From contig OZ244958.1 in the NCBI GenBank assembly GCA_965222575.1, forward strand, positions 64,001 to 128,000: 64,000 bases of DNA. Reading direction: 5' to 3'. The DNA comes from Alphaproteobacteria bacterium (GTDB lineage Bacteria; Pseudomonadota; Alphaproteobacteria; G965222575). A program made the position numbers and the translations under genes. Every line of letters begins with the position of its first letter. The stretch's first letter is position 1. The notes under the pieces were generated by a model. That model did not search any database. It was not told the origin of the DNA and worked only from the letters and a program-made list of their open reading frames with translations. Of the stretch, positions 48,882 through 57,999 are shown piece by piece.

Positions 48882-51448
48882 TGTTTCAGGTCTAAAAGCC
48901 GTAAGGACTCAATGCCGCGATTATCCACAATCTTGACCGCTATACGCCTATACTCCCCAGCCTCAAAGGGCAAGGATATCGTCCCCCTATACGCCTCTAT
49001 ACACTCCTCCTCTATCTCCGCTTTCAAGGTTTTTCCCAAACGCTTCCAGTTGTGCTTATCACTAGCTAAAGGAAAAAAGACCTGAGACGGAAAAAGGCTA
49101 CGCCCATCATAATCCGTATCCAACATCCACATGGCAATGTCTTCTTTGTCACCAGATATCAATCTCACTTCCCCACCAGCCCTCGTCTCATAATAATCAA
49201 ACCCCCGCACCTCAACCCTATACTTGCCATCCCCCTCCCGCACTATCCCAACGTCAGGCTGCCCCATTAACCAAAAACTACTCACCCCCCTCGGTTTCTT
49301 TTTCAAATCCTCCACCAACAAATCCGAATCCATATACACCTTAAACAAAGACACTCCCGTCCACTTGGCCTCTTCTATGTCCCGCGCCGCCTCCGGGTCA
49401 AACTGAAACGCCGCAAACACCACACTCTCAGGTTTAGGTTTCAAAGACTGCGCCTCTTCTAAGGCACGCTCTACCTGTAATGTCCCTAAAGGACTATAAG
49501 TCGGCGCAAAAGATAAAACAACGCGCTTGTTCTCATGGGTGTAGGCATCCGCATGGAGATAGGTGTGACAGCTCAATGGCTCCATGCGCGAGAACTCCAG
49601 TACCTTTTTTCCTCCCTTAGAACGAATGCCAGAGGAAAGTAATTTCTCCCGCCATTCTGCCTGTCTTGTGGTCTCTTTTTTCCGACTGATAGAGGAGGGA
49701 GGTGAAGTGAGTACGCCATCCTGTTGCTTCCCTCTTTTCAGAACATCTTGAGGGCTTTCCACAAAAGGCGCCGGCACAGCCTCCACTGTAAAAGGGCCTG
49801 TAACGCGGACTTTGCTACTATCTTTTTTAGGCTTATCATACAATGTTTCCTCTGTTTCCTGCGACGCATAGCAGTCAATAGCCTCCTTAATAGCCTCACG
49901 GCTCATCCCCTCCACAATCTCAGGATTGTTGGCAATAGAACCTAAGGTCACATGGGGAACCGTTTTGTAGTCAAACCCACTGCTAACGCCATTTTCAGGG
50001 TATTGTAAGTGATAATAATCAAAAGTAGCGGTCATGAGTCTTTGCTTGGCTAAAGTGATGGCAACCCGAGAAGTATCACAAGTAATCCAACGCCGTCCCC
50101 ATTGTTCTGCTACAAAAGCTGTTGTGCCACTGCCGCAGGTCGGGTCAAAAACCAAATCCCCCGGGTCTGTACACATCAACAAACATCGTTGAATGACTTT
50201 TTCTGAAGTCTGAACAACATAACGCGGATTCGTTGCCCCCTGTGTATCAGTCCAAGAATTATGAAGAGTGTGTACAGGAAAGTCATCAAAGAATAAAACA
50301 TAACTAGGTACTTTTGCTTTACCAGACATACTTAGTCTGTTTGCCCAAATAAGGCGTTGCATTCCTTCCTTTGTGGTTTTCCAGCTCTTATGAGATTGTT
50401 TTATTGTCTTTCCTTCAAATTCAAAATCATAAAAGCAAGTGGCTGTTTGGCCTGTAGATAATAAGTCGATAGTGCGAAAATGGCGGGCATTTTTTGGGAT
50501 GTTGCCGTCCTGTTCTTCACGGGTCATTTTGCGTCTTGTGCCATCTGGCTCCTCCAGATAGGAGTACATAGTGCCTTCTCCAAAGGCTCTTTCTTTATAA
50601 AGTTTTCTGAATTTCATCTTCTCCTTATCTTTGGCATACCACACAAGATAATCACAAATTCCGGGCAGGCCTGAAGTCCCAAGAGGAGGAGTCTTTCTGA
50701 AGGTAATCAAAGAAAAGAAATTATCTTTACCAAAGACTTCATCCATAAGGTTACGGATGAGGTGGAGGTTTTCATCGCCAATTTGGACAATACAGCTACC
50801 GCTTTGTGTGAGAAGGTCGTGGGCAAGGAGGAGTCTATCGCGCAAGTAGGTGAGATAGGAGTGTATACCTAGCTTCCATGTATCGCGGAAGGCGCGGATG
50901 GTTTCCGGTTCTTGGGAGAGGTCTTTATCGTCTCCATCTTTGACATCGCGTTTGTTGGTAAAGGGTTGGAAGTTAGAGCCATATTTTATGCCGTACGGGG
51001 GGTCTATGAAGACCAGTTGGACTTTGTTGCCTAAGCCTTCACGCTCGTACAGGCTATTCATTACCAGCAGACTATCGCCGGCGATGAGCCGATTACTCCA
51101 GTTGTGTTGGTGTTGATAGAACTCTATGGCTTCCCGCAAGGGAAGGGGGTTTTGTTTAAAGAGGGATAGGGTTTGTTTAGGGGGTTCGCCATTGTGTTTA
51201 CGGATAGCTTTGATAATGGTATAGGGGTCTATGCACTCGTGGGTGTGTAACGATACGGTATCGATGGAGAAGGCTTTACTTCGCTCTATTTTTTCAGCCC
51301 AGTCTAGTTTAGGGTCTAGGTGAGGGTCGTATGTGTATTTTGTCTTGTAGCTTTTTAGTTCTGTGTCTTTGTTGACAAGCCCTATGGGGGGATTATTGAA
51401 TCGCTTTTTTCCTTCGTGGATATAGTTCTTAATTTCTTTCCTTGCCAT
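48878..51448 (-). CDS. Type III adenine methyltransferase (Mod)
   Basis: FIDPPYG precedes FDPTCGSGTT (beta-class order). Confidence 0.9.
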   Translation of the reverse strand: MARKEIKNYIHEGKKRFNNPPIGLVNKDTELKSYKTKYTYDPHLDPKLDWAEKIERSKAFSIDTVSLHTHECIDPYTIIKAIRKHNGEPPKQTLSLFKQNPLPLREAIEFYQHQHNWSNRLIAGDSLLVMNSLYEREGLGNKVQLVFIDPPYGIKYGSNFQPFTNKRDVKDGDDKDLSQEPETIRAFRDTWKLGIHSYLTYLRDRLLLAHDLLTQSGSCIVQIGDENLHLIRNLMDEVFGKDNFFSLITFRKTPPLGTSGLPGICDYLVWYAKDKEKMKFRKLYKERAFGEGTMYSYLEEPDGTRRKMTREEQDGNIPKNARHFRTIDLLSTGQTATCFYDFEFEGKTIKQSHKSWKTTKEGMQRLIWANRLSMSGKAKVPSYVLFFDDFPVHTLHNSWTDTQGATNPRYVVQTSEKVIQRCLLMCTDPGDLVFDPTCGSGTTAFVAEQWGRRWITCDTSRVAITLAKQRLMTATFDYYHLQYPENGVSSGFDYKTVPHVTLGSIANNPEIVEGMSREAIKEAIDCYASQETEETLYDKPKKDSSKVRVTGPFTVEAVPAPFVESPQDVLKRGKQQDGVLTSPPSSISRKKETTRQAEWREKLLSSGIRSKGGKKVLEFSRMEPLSCHTYLHADAYTHENKRVVLSFAPTYSPLGTLQVERALEEAQSLKPKPESVVFAAFQFDPEAARDIEEAKWTGVSLFKVYMDSDLLVEDLKKKPRGVSSFWLMGQPDVGIVREGDGKYRVEVRGFDYYETRAGGEVRLISGDKEDIAMWMLDTDYDGRSLFPSQVFFPLASDKHNWKRLGKTLKAEIEEECIEAYRGTISLPFEAGEYRRIAVKIVDNRGIESLRLLDLKQ

Positions 51449-51615
51449 TAGTAAGTCTCCTCCGTTCTTCCTCTCTTATGAAGACTAGCAAAATATTCTC
51501 TTGTTTTCCACCTTATTTTACACTCTAAGCGCGCGCATAAAGAGCTATGAAGCCATTTGAAGATTCTCTCATAACATTAGCTTCTGTTAAGCTTTCACTC
51601 CTATTCTGTAGAACA

Positions 51616-51651
51616 AGTTCTAGAGCCGGTTCTAGAACCGGTTCTAGAACC
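51616..51651. repeat. 3 x 12-bp palindromic tandem repeat GGTTCTAGAACC
   Basis: Two perfect copies and one variant, 37 nt upstream of ORF 51689. Confidence 0.9.
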
Positions 51652-51688
51652 AAGCGCTTCACCCGAAAATGTCTTAAATAACAAAATT

Positions 51689-53588
51689 ATGAAATCTACC
51701 TCTCTTTCTTCTATGGCCAAGGGAGAACAAACCCTCCTGAAAGTCAATAGCAAAGGGGAAATTACACAACCCTTCCGTGTGGACACCTCACAGGAAAAGG
51801 TCAGAATTGTCAAAGCCCAATTCTTCAAAAAGGTACAATTTTTCTTTCGCGGGTTGACAGAAAAAGGCAAGTGTAAAAATAATCAGGCACTCCGCCAACA
51901 ACTGCAAAAAGCCTTACAGCATAAATACGGAACAAACGCAGGGGAAAAAGCCGCTCACCACATAGACAAAATAGGCACGCACCCCTTAGAAAAAACACCC
52001 CTCACTTGTAGAGAAGTCAGTTGTATGATGGCCTTCGGAAAAACTTTGAAACACTTGGAAAAGGGCGCTCGCACCCTTAGAAATCACTCAGACACTCAAC
52101 CTTACAGAGAAGGCCTAAAACGCGCACTCGCCTTTATAAACCAAAAACTCAATCCCCAAGCAACCATTCCTAGCACAACAGACAAACAAGAAGCCGCCCA
52201 TATGCTAGCGGAAATCTGCCCCCAGCAATACAAAACACACCTCAAAGACGGCAACTTGACACTCCTTCAAACACTCACACACTATCTCCAAGAGGGCGTC
52301 TCTCACCTAGAAGCCAACGGCAATCCTTTACCCACTTGGAAAACCTTCCCTTCAGACGCATTCCTATACCAAGCACTCAAACAAGCACAACACTATGAAA
52401 ACAACCTCCTACAGACTTTCCCGCATTCACAAACAAAACCGCCTCTCAACACAGAATGGATACAAGAAGAACTCTCTCCTAATAAAAAAACTTTAGAGGA
52501 TTTTCAGAATGCCCCCGCACCAGTCCAAGAGCAAAAAACAGATATCAATGCCAATTTGTCTCCTGCTACTACTCCTGAAACAGAACCCGCATCCTTCCAC
52601 TATCGGATAGCCTCCTAAACCTATCTCTTGAAGATACCCAACAGCAAGAAACAGATATCAATGCCAATTTGTCTCCTGCTACTACTCCTGAAACAGAACA
52701 TCCTCACACAACCCCTAGACCTATCTCCTTGAAGATATCCAACAGCAAGAAACAGATATTGATGCCAATTTGTCTCCTGCTACTACTCCTGAAACAGAAT
52801 ATCCTACACTATCGGATAGCCTCCTAAACCTATCTCTTGAAGATACCCAACAGCAAGAAACAGATATCAATGCCAATTTGTCTCCTGCTACTACTCCTGA
52901 AACAGAACATCCTTCACTATCGGATAGCCTCCTAGACCTATCTCTTGAAGATATCCAACAGCAAGAAACAGATATTGATGCCAATTTGTCTCTTGCTACT
53001 ACTCCTGAAACAGAACATCCTTCACTATCGGATAGCCTCCTAGACCTACCTTTTGAAGATATCCAACAGCAAGAAACAGATATTGATGCCAATTTGTCTC
53101 CTGCTACTACTCCTGAAACAGAACATCCGCACAGAATCTTCCACTATCAGATAGCCTCCTAGACCTATCTCTTGAAGATACCCAACAGCAAGAAACAGAT
53201 ATTGATGCCAATTTGTCTCCTGCTACTACTCCTGAAACAGAACATCCTCCACACAACCTCCTAGACCTATATCCAACAGCAAGAAACTATTGATGAAGAT
53301 ATCCAAGAAAAAGAAACAGATATTGATGCCGATTTGTCTCTTGACGATACCCAAGAAACAGATATTGATGCCAATTTGTCTCCAAACCTATCTCCTGAAG
53401 ACGATATCCAACAGCAAAGACTCCACGCTCAACGTCTCAATCCCGACTTGCCAGTTCAAGAACAAGAAACAGATATTGATGACGATTTGTCTCTTGACGA
53501 TACCCAAGAAACAGATATTGATGCCGATTTGCCTCCTATTACTCCTAAAGAAGAGTTAGCCGCAAGAACAAGAGTAACAGATGTATAA
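51689..53588 (+). CDS. Effector-like protein with acidic repeat tail, frameshifted inside the repeats
   Basis: ORF 51689-52618 runs into the ETDIDANLSPATTPETE repeat, which continues in other frames (52770-53162, 53334-53588). Confidence 0.6.
52530..53560 (+). repeat. 108-bp (36-aa) tandem repeat, about 7 copies plus degenerate tail
   Basis: GCCAATTTGTCTCCTGCTACTACTCCTGAAACAGAA core; exact 108-bp spacing in the central copies, indels in the outer ones. Confidence 0.9.
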
Positions 53589-53604
53589 AAACCTGATAGC
53601 AGCA

Positions 53605-54183
53605 CTAGTCATAAGTCTTAAATTGAGAGACGAAAAAATCAACAATCTTCTGATAGCCCTTTTGCTTTGCAATATCAAGAGGGGTACGTCCGTGATTATC
53701 TTCGGCAAAAAGGCTAGCTTTCTTCTTAACAAGAAGACGAACAACCTCCAAATGACCACGCTCAACAGCAATATGTAAAGGAGTTTCACGCTTTTTCGTC
53801 TTAAAATTCACAGTGGCTCCCGCCTCAATTAAAATCTTCACCGTTTCTTTCTTGCCGCCTAAAGCCGCATAGTGTAAAGGCACATGTCCTACATTATTTT
53901 TCACATCCAGTGTCATCCTTTCTTCCTGAAACATCTCTACAAACAGTAAAGTCGCCTCCTTAGAACGAAAAGCCGCTAAATGTAAAGGGGTATTGCCATT
54001 TATATCCTCTTCAAAGATATCTTCTCCCTCCTCAAGGAGGAGTTCAATCTTTTCCATATCCCCCCGTGCAGATGCTCGATGAAGAGGGCCAGCCTCTCCT
54101 TCTAAAGCGAAACACAATAGTGCCGCCATCACTACACTACTAGGAAACCACCTCTTCTTGCTACTGCTCATCAATAGTGCCAT
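53605..54183 (-). CDS. Secreted ankyrin-repeat protein (4-5 repeats)
   Basis: Signal-like N-terminus; GNTPLH, PLHYAA, ETPLH, GRTPLD. Confidence 0.9.
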   Translation of the reverse strand: MALLMSSSKKRWFPSSVVMAALLCFALEGEAGPLHRASARGDMEKIELLLEEGEDIFEEDINGNTPLHLAAFRSKEATLLFVEMFQEERMTLDVKNNVGHVPLHYAALGGKKETVKILIEAGATVNFKTKKRETPLHIAVERGHLEVVRLLVKKKASLFAEDNHGRTPLDIAKQKGYQKIVDFFVSQFKTYD

Positions 54184-54279
54184 TCTTTCCTTTCAATACC
54201 CACGCGCTCATTGTAGTGGAATCCTTTCTATAAGGGTAGCCCTCTTTCAATTTTTAGTCAAAAAATCTCATAAAAGCTT

Positions 54280-55566
54280 TCAGCCCTTATCTTTCAAGGT
54301 GAGAAATTCGTATGGTAAGGGAGGGTTTCTAAATCCCCACAGTGCTAGCATGAGTGCAATTGTTCTATCCGCATGATGATGACCTGAGTCTGCGATAATT
54401 GTCACCTGTCCTGTTGCACTCACGGTCTCTTTGAGACTCATGATATCTTCAAAAAGGTCGTTATCATCAGGCAAGCGGATTCTGTCTTCCTCAAAAAGCC
54501 TGCGCCCCCATGAAAAAAGCTGTTGCTTACTTTTGTGCGTAAACAGAAACCCTTGACATGACTCTCCCATTTTCCTCTGTATTTCTTCTACAAACATTTC
54601 TCCCATCCCCCCTTGGTCAATGAACACCTGAATAGGGCTATACCGCTTGATGGTGTCAATGAGAAGACCTTGCTGCTGTTGAAAGGACAAGTTACGCTTA
54701 GCGAGAATTTTTCTTACCCAGAAAATGTCTTGTGCCTGTTCAACCACAGCAATGCAAAAGAGATGATTGCGGCGCCCCACATCAACGCCTATAGTAATAC
54801 GCCCCCCTGACAAGGGAGGAAACTTCAGCCTTTGGGCTCCCTTGACTTTTTGCCCCTCAAAGACCGTTTCGTTTTGAGAGAGAAACGAGACCTCAAATTC
54901 CTGCTTCCAGATACCCTGATGGTCACAGCCGCTCCTTAAGTGTTCAATATCAAGGTCAAGTCCCATCTCAACAGCTTGGTAAATGTTGACTTTGGACCGA
55001 AACCACGCTTTATTAGAGGTGTGAAAAAGGCTAGAGAAGCGTCCCGTCAAGCCAGCAGGCGTAGAACTTATCCAGCATTTTTTCCCATGAGACGTCACAG
55101 GATAAACAGCTTTCCAGACATCATGACTTTTGTGGTGGTGTGCGAATTCGTCCAGATAGACATTGCGCGTATACCCTCTAGCAGCTTCCGCATTGGCAGG
55201 AAGAGCCGTAATCGAAGCCCCATTACAAAAGACAACAGAGTACGCTTTAAGAGAAGAAATTTCCTCTTCTTTCCAATGAGTCTTATCAGAAAGCACATCA
55301 TGATAAGCCCGATTAAGCGCAAACAAAATAGGCTTGATGCAATCATTCAATATCATACGCGCTGAGCGTTCATTCACAGAAATAATCAACCAGCTGTTTT
55401 TATCTCCCTTAAGAATCCCATCAAGAATATCAGACACAATGCCCACAGCATGGGTATAGGTCTTGCCGGTTTGTCTTGCCCAGCAAGCAATCTTCAACCT
55501 GTGCGGCGCTTTCAGGTAGGCTTTCTGATAAGGCAGAAGACGAAGCGTGTAGGCACTGGTTTTCAC
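54280..55566 (-). CDS. Phage large terminase, Mu gp28-like
   Basis: LLPYQ, WARQTGKT (Walker A), ARGY..NVYLDEFAH (Walker B), ISSTP; nuclease acidic motifs GVDVGR, IDQGGMG, HADR. Confidence 0.88.
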   Translation of the reverse strand: MKTSAYTLRLLPYQKAYLKAPHRLKIACWARQTGKTYTHAVGIVSDILDGILKGDKNSWLIISVNERSARMILNDCIKPILFALNRAYHDVLSDKTHWKEEEISSLKAYSVVFCNGASITALPANAEAARGYTRNVYLDEFAHHHKSHDVWKAVYPVTSHGKKCWISSTPAGLTGRFSSLFHTSNKAWFRSKVNIYQAVEMGLDLDIEHLRSGCDHQGIWKQEFEVSFLSQNETVFEGQKVKGAQRLKFPPLSGGRITIGVDVGRRNHLFCIAVVEQAQDIFWVRKILAKRNLSFQQQQGLLIDTIKRYSPIQVFIDQGGMGEMFVEEIQRKMGESCQGFLFTHKSKQQLFSWGRRLFEEDRIRLPDDNDLFEDIMSLKETVSATGQVTIIADSGHHHADRTIALMLALWGFRNPPLPYEFLTLKDKG

Positions 55567-55574
55567 CTCTGTGG

Positions 55575-55856
55575 TTACCGCTTTTTCAGGGATTCAATAT
55601 TTTGATTTAGAGACTTAAGAGTGTTTGCTAAATTGCTCACTTCCGTTTGCAAAACAGCAAGTTTCACTTTCACCTCCTCTACAAATGCCTGAGAGACCGT
55701 ATGTTCTTCCATGCGTATCAGGCGTTCTTGTAAGGAGGAAAAATGCTTTTTTGAGGCATATAAGGACTGTAAGCGCCACATGAGAGAAGAGACCAAAAAG
55801 CCTAAGACCATAAAGGCAGGTATCCATAATAACCGCAGGATTTCAAACCATTTCAT
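55575..55856 (-). CDS. Small TM + coiled-coil protein, resembling small Mu-type phage late proteins (DUF2730-like)
   Basis: N-terminal TM, YASKK, ERLIRMEE, heptad tail; lies between portal and terminase. Confidence 0.5.
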   Translation of the reverse strand: MKWFEILRLLWIPAFMVLGFLVSSLMWRLQSLYASKKHFSSLQERLIRMEEHTVSQAFVEEVKVKLAVLQTEVSNLANTLKSLNQNIESLKKR

Positions 55857-57055
55857 GAAGGAGAAGACGCCGGATGAGGAAGTCCTAAGATATTGCGCAC
55901 CACATAGTGGTCAATGGCAATCCCTCTATCCATAGCATTGAAAACATCCTGAATTTTGACACGAGTGGGTTCTGTGAGGCTCAGTCTTGGGAGGTGTGTT
56001 TGCACACCAAAATTGACCTGTATCATAAGAGGAATTAAAGAGGTATTAAAGGTCTCTTCTATAGCCGTGGCATCTGATTGGAGGAGTGAAGCTCTAATAC
56101 GGTCATGGACTTCGGCTTGAGCCCTTGAAGACCCATGGTCTGTGGTCATGGTTTGCCCTAAGATGAGTTTAGAAATCTGTAGATTACAATAGTCTAAGAG
56201 CTGCAGATGATTAGAGGAAGTGGCTTTGGTGTCTCTGATAAGATTGATATCCATAGATTTTGGAACAGCAGCCACCATAGAAGCATTGATTTCGCGCAAG
56301 GCACGCAAAAGGGTCTGTTTATCCTCTTCAGAGGCATCCGGCCCGAACTTGCCTAACCGAATAGGTTTTCCGAAAAGCTCAAGATATTCCATCCAGTCCT
56401 TCAGACAAAATTGCTGAAAAAACCACAGCATAAGAGCAGGGCGCGCCAAGCCATTACGCAACAAATTGCTATCAGATTTCCCGTTATGAACATGCAGAAG
56501 GGCTTGATACGGTTTCAACGGGAGACTCTCCCCCTCCTCAGAGAGAAGAGACAGCCTTCCATTAGAAACCTGAAAGAAACTCTGGTCAGCCCACTCAAGA
56601 TGAGGCAGCCAGTACTCTTGATACCGCCACGAAATGGAAAAAACGGCAAACCCTTTCGCAAGGGCATCAAGCATCTGAAACAGTAATTGTTGAAACTTAG
56701 TTTGATGAATCCACCGGGAGACAAAATCAGCATGCACAAGAGCAGCTTTAGTCGTGTCAGCAGGCGAAATCAAAGGGGTAAGCTGCGCCGTTTGTTGCTT
56801 CCTAGTAGTAAGAACCGCTACATAATGCGGCCACCTTTCTTCCATACTTTGCGCTAAGCGAAAAAAAGCTTGACCATCTCCCATATCCGCAAGATGAAGA
56901 GCCCTGTTGATAACAGCAGGCGTTTGAGGCAGATGACCCTCCCAAAAATAACACTGAGGCGGGTATCTCTTCTTAATGTTAGAACAAAGTGCAGAGGATG
57001 TACCCCCACCTTTCTTGAACAAAGACAAATCCGCTCTTTTCAGAAAATTGAACAT
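55853..57055 (-). CDS. Phage portal protein, DUF935 / Mu gp29-like
   Basis: MLDALAKGF, GLAR, DWMEYLELFGKPIRLGK, QISKLILGQTMTT, SRAQAEVH, SDA..IEETFN..LIP. Confidence 0.88.
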   Translation of the reverse strand: MFNFLKRADLSLFKKGGGTSSALCSNIKKRYPPQCYFWEGHLPQTPAVINRALHLADMGDGQAFFRLAQSMEERWPHYVAVLTTRKQQTAQLTPLISPADTTKAALVHADFVSRWIHQTKFQQLLFQMLDALAKGFAVFSISWRYQEYWLPHLEWADQSFFQVSNGRLSLLSEEGESLPLKPYQALLHVHNGKSDSNLLRNGLARPALMLWFFQQFCLKDWMEYLELFGKPIRLGKFGPDASEEDKQTLLRALREINASMVAAVPKSMDINLIRDTKATSSNHLQLLDYCNLQISKLILGQTMTTDHGSSRAQAEVHDRIRASLLQSDATAIEETFNTSLIPLMIQVNFGVQTHLPRLSLTEPTRVKIQDVFNAMDRGIAIDHYVVRNILGLPHPASSPS

Positions 57056-57140
57056 AAAACACCAAGGATAAAGGAACCTCTATAGTGCCACAGGTAAAAA
57101 CGAAAAGTTCAGAGGTACTTAACTACTCCCCTCCGTTAGC

Positions 57141-57893
57141 CCCTTCAATAAGGGAAAGGGGGGGGGGATGAGCCCTCCTTTGTGGAGAATAAAGTGAATC
57201 CCGTGTGTGACTTGACAGGACGCCTCCCTTCAATAAGGGAAAGGGGGGGGGATGAGCCCTCCTTTGTGGAGAATAAAGTGAATCCCGTGTGTGACTTGAC
57301 AGGACGCCTCCCTTCAATAAGGGAAAGGCAGGGGGATGAGCCCTCCTTTGTGGAGAATAAAGTGAATCCCGTGTGTGACTTGACAGGACGCCTCCCTTCA
57401 ATAAGGGAAAGGCAGGGGGATGAGCCCTCCTTTGTGGAGAATAAAGTGAATCCCGTGTGTGACTTGACAGGACGCCTCCCTTCAATAAGGGAAAGGCAGG
57501 GGGATGAGCCCTCCTTTGTGGAGAATAAAGTGAATCCCGTGTGTGACTTGACAGGACGCCTCCCTTCAATAAGGGAAAGGCAGGGGGATGAGCCCTCCTT
57601 TGTGGAGAGAAAAGTGAATCCCGTGTGTGACTTGACAGGACGCCTCCCTTCAATAAGGGAAAGGCGGGGGGATGAGCCCTCCTTTGTGGAGAGAAAAGTG
57701 AATCCCGTGTGTGACTTGACAGGACGCCTCCCTTCAATAAGGGAAAGGCGGGGGGATGAGCCCTCCTTTGTGGAGAGAAAAGTGAATCCCGTGTGTGACT
57801 TGACAGGACGCCTCCCTTCAATAAGGGAAAGGCGGGGGGATGAGCCCTCCTTTGTGGAGAGAAAAGTGAATCTCATGCGTGACTTGACAGGAC
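57141..57893. repeat. 9 x 84-bp near-perfect tandem array
   Basis: Units start at 57141, 57226, 57310, 57394, 57478, 57562, 57646, 57730, 57814; variants change in blocks along the array. Confidence 0.97.
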
Positions 57894-57999
57894 TAGGTTG
57901 TGGCATTTTTCCCATAAATCTTTGGCACAAAAATAAAGTAGCTCTAAAAAGGCTTACGCTCTTTATGAAAGAGTGTCTTGATAAGAAAAATCAAAATCC

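Noticed and set aside
57141-57893. CRISPR array (also considered for 12738-13563 and 61138-61927)
   Set aside because: Units repeat head to tail with no unique spacers, and there are no cas genes in the window.
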